Below, one piece after another: positions 56,855-57,799 of a stretch of 57,799 bases of DNA. This stretch comes from Planctomycetota bacterium. GTDB taxonomy: Bacteria; Planctomycetota; B15-G4; JADJEK01. The translations under genes were made by a program, and so were the position numbers. The stretch spans positions 1 to 57,799 of the forward strand of contig JBGAIQ010000034.1 in NCBI GenBank assembly GCA_044225365.1. The letters run 5' to 3'. The notes under the pieces were generated by a model. It worked only from the letters and a program-made list of their open reading frames with translations, was not told the DNA's origin and searched no databases. The stretch's first letter is position 1, and every line of letters starts with the position of its first letter.

Positions 56855-57159
56855 TTCTTCCGCTCGCGACGGTTCTTCAGCGTCGGGAACCGGGCTCGCA
56901 TTGCGTCGGCGAATTCATCGAGACTCATGTCGCGACCGGCAGCGAGATCCGCGAGTCCGCGCCGGATACCTTCGATCGCGTCCGTTCGATCGGCGAGTTC
57001 GGCGAGTCGCTCGTACGCTTCGACGCCGAGCACGACGACCTTGGGCCGCCCTTCGACGGTCAGGACCTGCGGTCGACCCGTGGACTCGAGCTGCTCGATG
57101 TGCGTGGTCGAATTGCGCTTGAAGTCGGTGAGCGTGTGAATGTCGCTGGGATGGATCAT
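56851..57159 (-). CDS. Type II antitoxin, Phd/YefM family
   Basis: DIHTLTDFKRN..TGRPQVLTVEGRPKVVV..GIRRGLAD; AGGAG RBS. Confidence 0.88.
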   Translation of the reverse strand: MIHPSDIHTLTDFKRNSTTHIEQLESTGRPQVLTVEGRPKVVVLGVEAYERLAELADRTDAIEGIRRGLADLAAGRDMSLDEFADAMRARFPTLKNRRERKK

Positions 57160-57192
57160 GGCGAAGACTCCTGCGGCGCTGAGCACCACCAA

Positions 57193-57234
57193 AGCATCAC
57201 AGGTGATGCTAGACGATCTTTCGGCAGATGCCAA
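57193..57234 (-). promoter_or_regulatory. TA promoter with palindromic operator overlapping the -10
   Basis: Minus strand TTGGCA (57234-57229)-N17-TAGCAT (57211-57206); palindrome AGCATCAC-AG-GTGATGCT at 57193-57210. Confidence 0.7.
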
Positions 57235-57284
57235 GGCGAACTGGAACCGAGGTGTTGAAGTCAGCATCTCCTATGACTTCCGAA

Positions 57285-57324
57285 TTCGCACCGGCTCGCA
57301 CTGGCTCGCAGGGACTCGCACCGC
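57285..57324. repeat. Four 10-bp-phased YTCGCA repeats
   Basis: TTCGCACCGG CTCGCACTGG CTCGCAGGGA CTCGCACCGC. Confidence 0.6.
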
Positions 57325-57377
57325 GTACACATCGACCCCGAGTGCTGCGGGTCTCAACGAAATACTTTCCGCTATGA

Positions 57378-57434
57378 CCTGACCTAGCACGCCGCCTCCC
57401 AGCGGTCCGGGCACCCCCCGGACAGGAGGCAGCG
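57378..57434. repeat. GC-rich hairpin element, copy 2 of 2
   Basis: CCTGACC-N5-CGCCGCCTCC..GTCCGGG-CACC-CCCGGACAGGAGGCAGCG. Confidence 0.5.
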
Positions 57435-57799
57435 ATGACGTTTCGAAGAAGCAAGAAAGACCGAGGTCGGCCCCCCGTGCACGAGGGCGACCCGGAGGAC
57501 GACTTCGGCGAGCAGGTGTGAGGTGCGGAAATCCCGCCGACGCCGAATCACTGGCTCGAGGTCATTTTGGATGGCGGAATCCAGAACGACGCTGGCGAAA
57601 TTCGGTCGGCCGCCGGTGACGTCGGTCGGCGGAGGCGGGCTGCTCGGGCGGCAAATCGACCGAGGGAACGCCGCTCTTCGGCCGAGAGACGTGGTGTCCC
57701 CGCGCCGTGATTGCGACCCGGCGTCTACGATGAGTGCATCGACCGCGATCTCAGGCAGCGACGCGACGGTAGTAACGCAGCAGTCCGCCGAGCCGATCG

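Overview
GC-rich bacterial DNA, probably from Planctomycetota (inferred from the ECF sigma plus TPR Ser/Thr kinase module, the FG-GAP protein and the transposase type). The centre (about 4.9-34 kb) is an anti-phage defence island built on a complete type 2 BREX/Pgl system: pglW, pglX, pglY, pglZ, brxD, brxHI. It is heavily accessorised. A repeat protein resembling a catalytically decayed phage HNH endonuclease lies just upstream of pglW. Nine genes (about 7 kb) sit between pglX and pglY: a class III nucleotide-cyclase-like gene coupled to pglX, a three-gene TIGR04255 / HTH / 'QGD..SQTCD' cassette, a HigB-HigA-SecB toxin-antitoxin-chaperone (TAC) module whose antitoxin ends in an SsrA-like tag, and a convergent AbiEi/AbiEii pair with palindromic operators. 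An unknown 578-aa gene between pglZ and brxD carries a second copy of the PglZ C-terminal domain, and a Walker-A-dead DnaC/IstB-like gene follows brxHI. The left flank has two tandem ECF sigma factors coupled to a kinase. The right flank has a sugar-oxidation-like cluster, housekeeping genes, REP-like palindromes, transposase remnants and a Phd-ParE/RelE TA bracketed by two related hairpins. All calls come from reading motifs by eye; no database searches were run.
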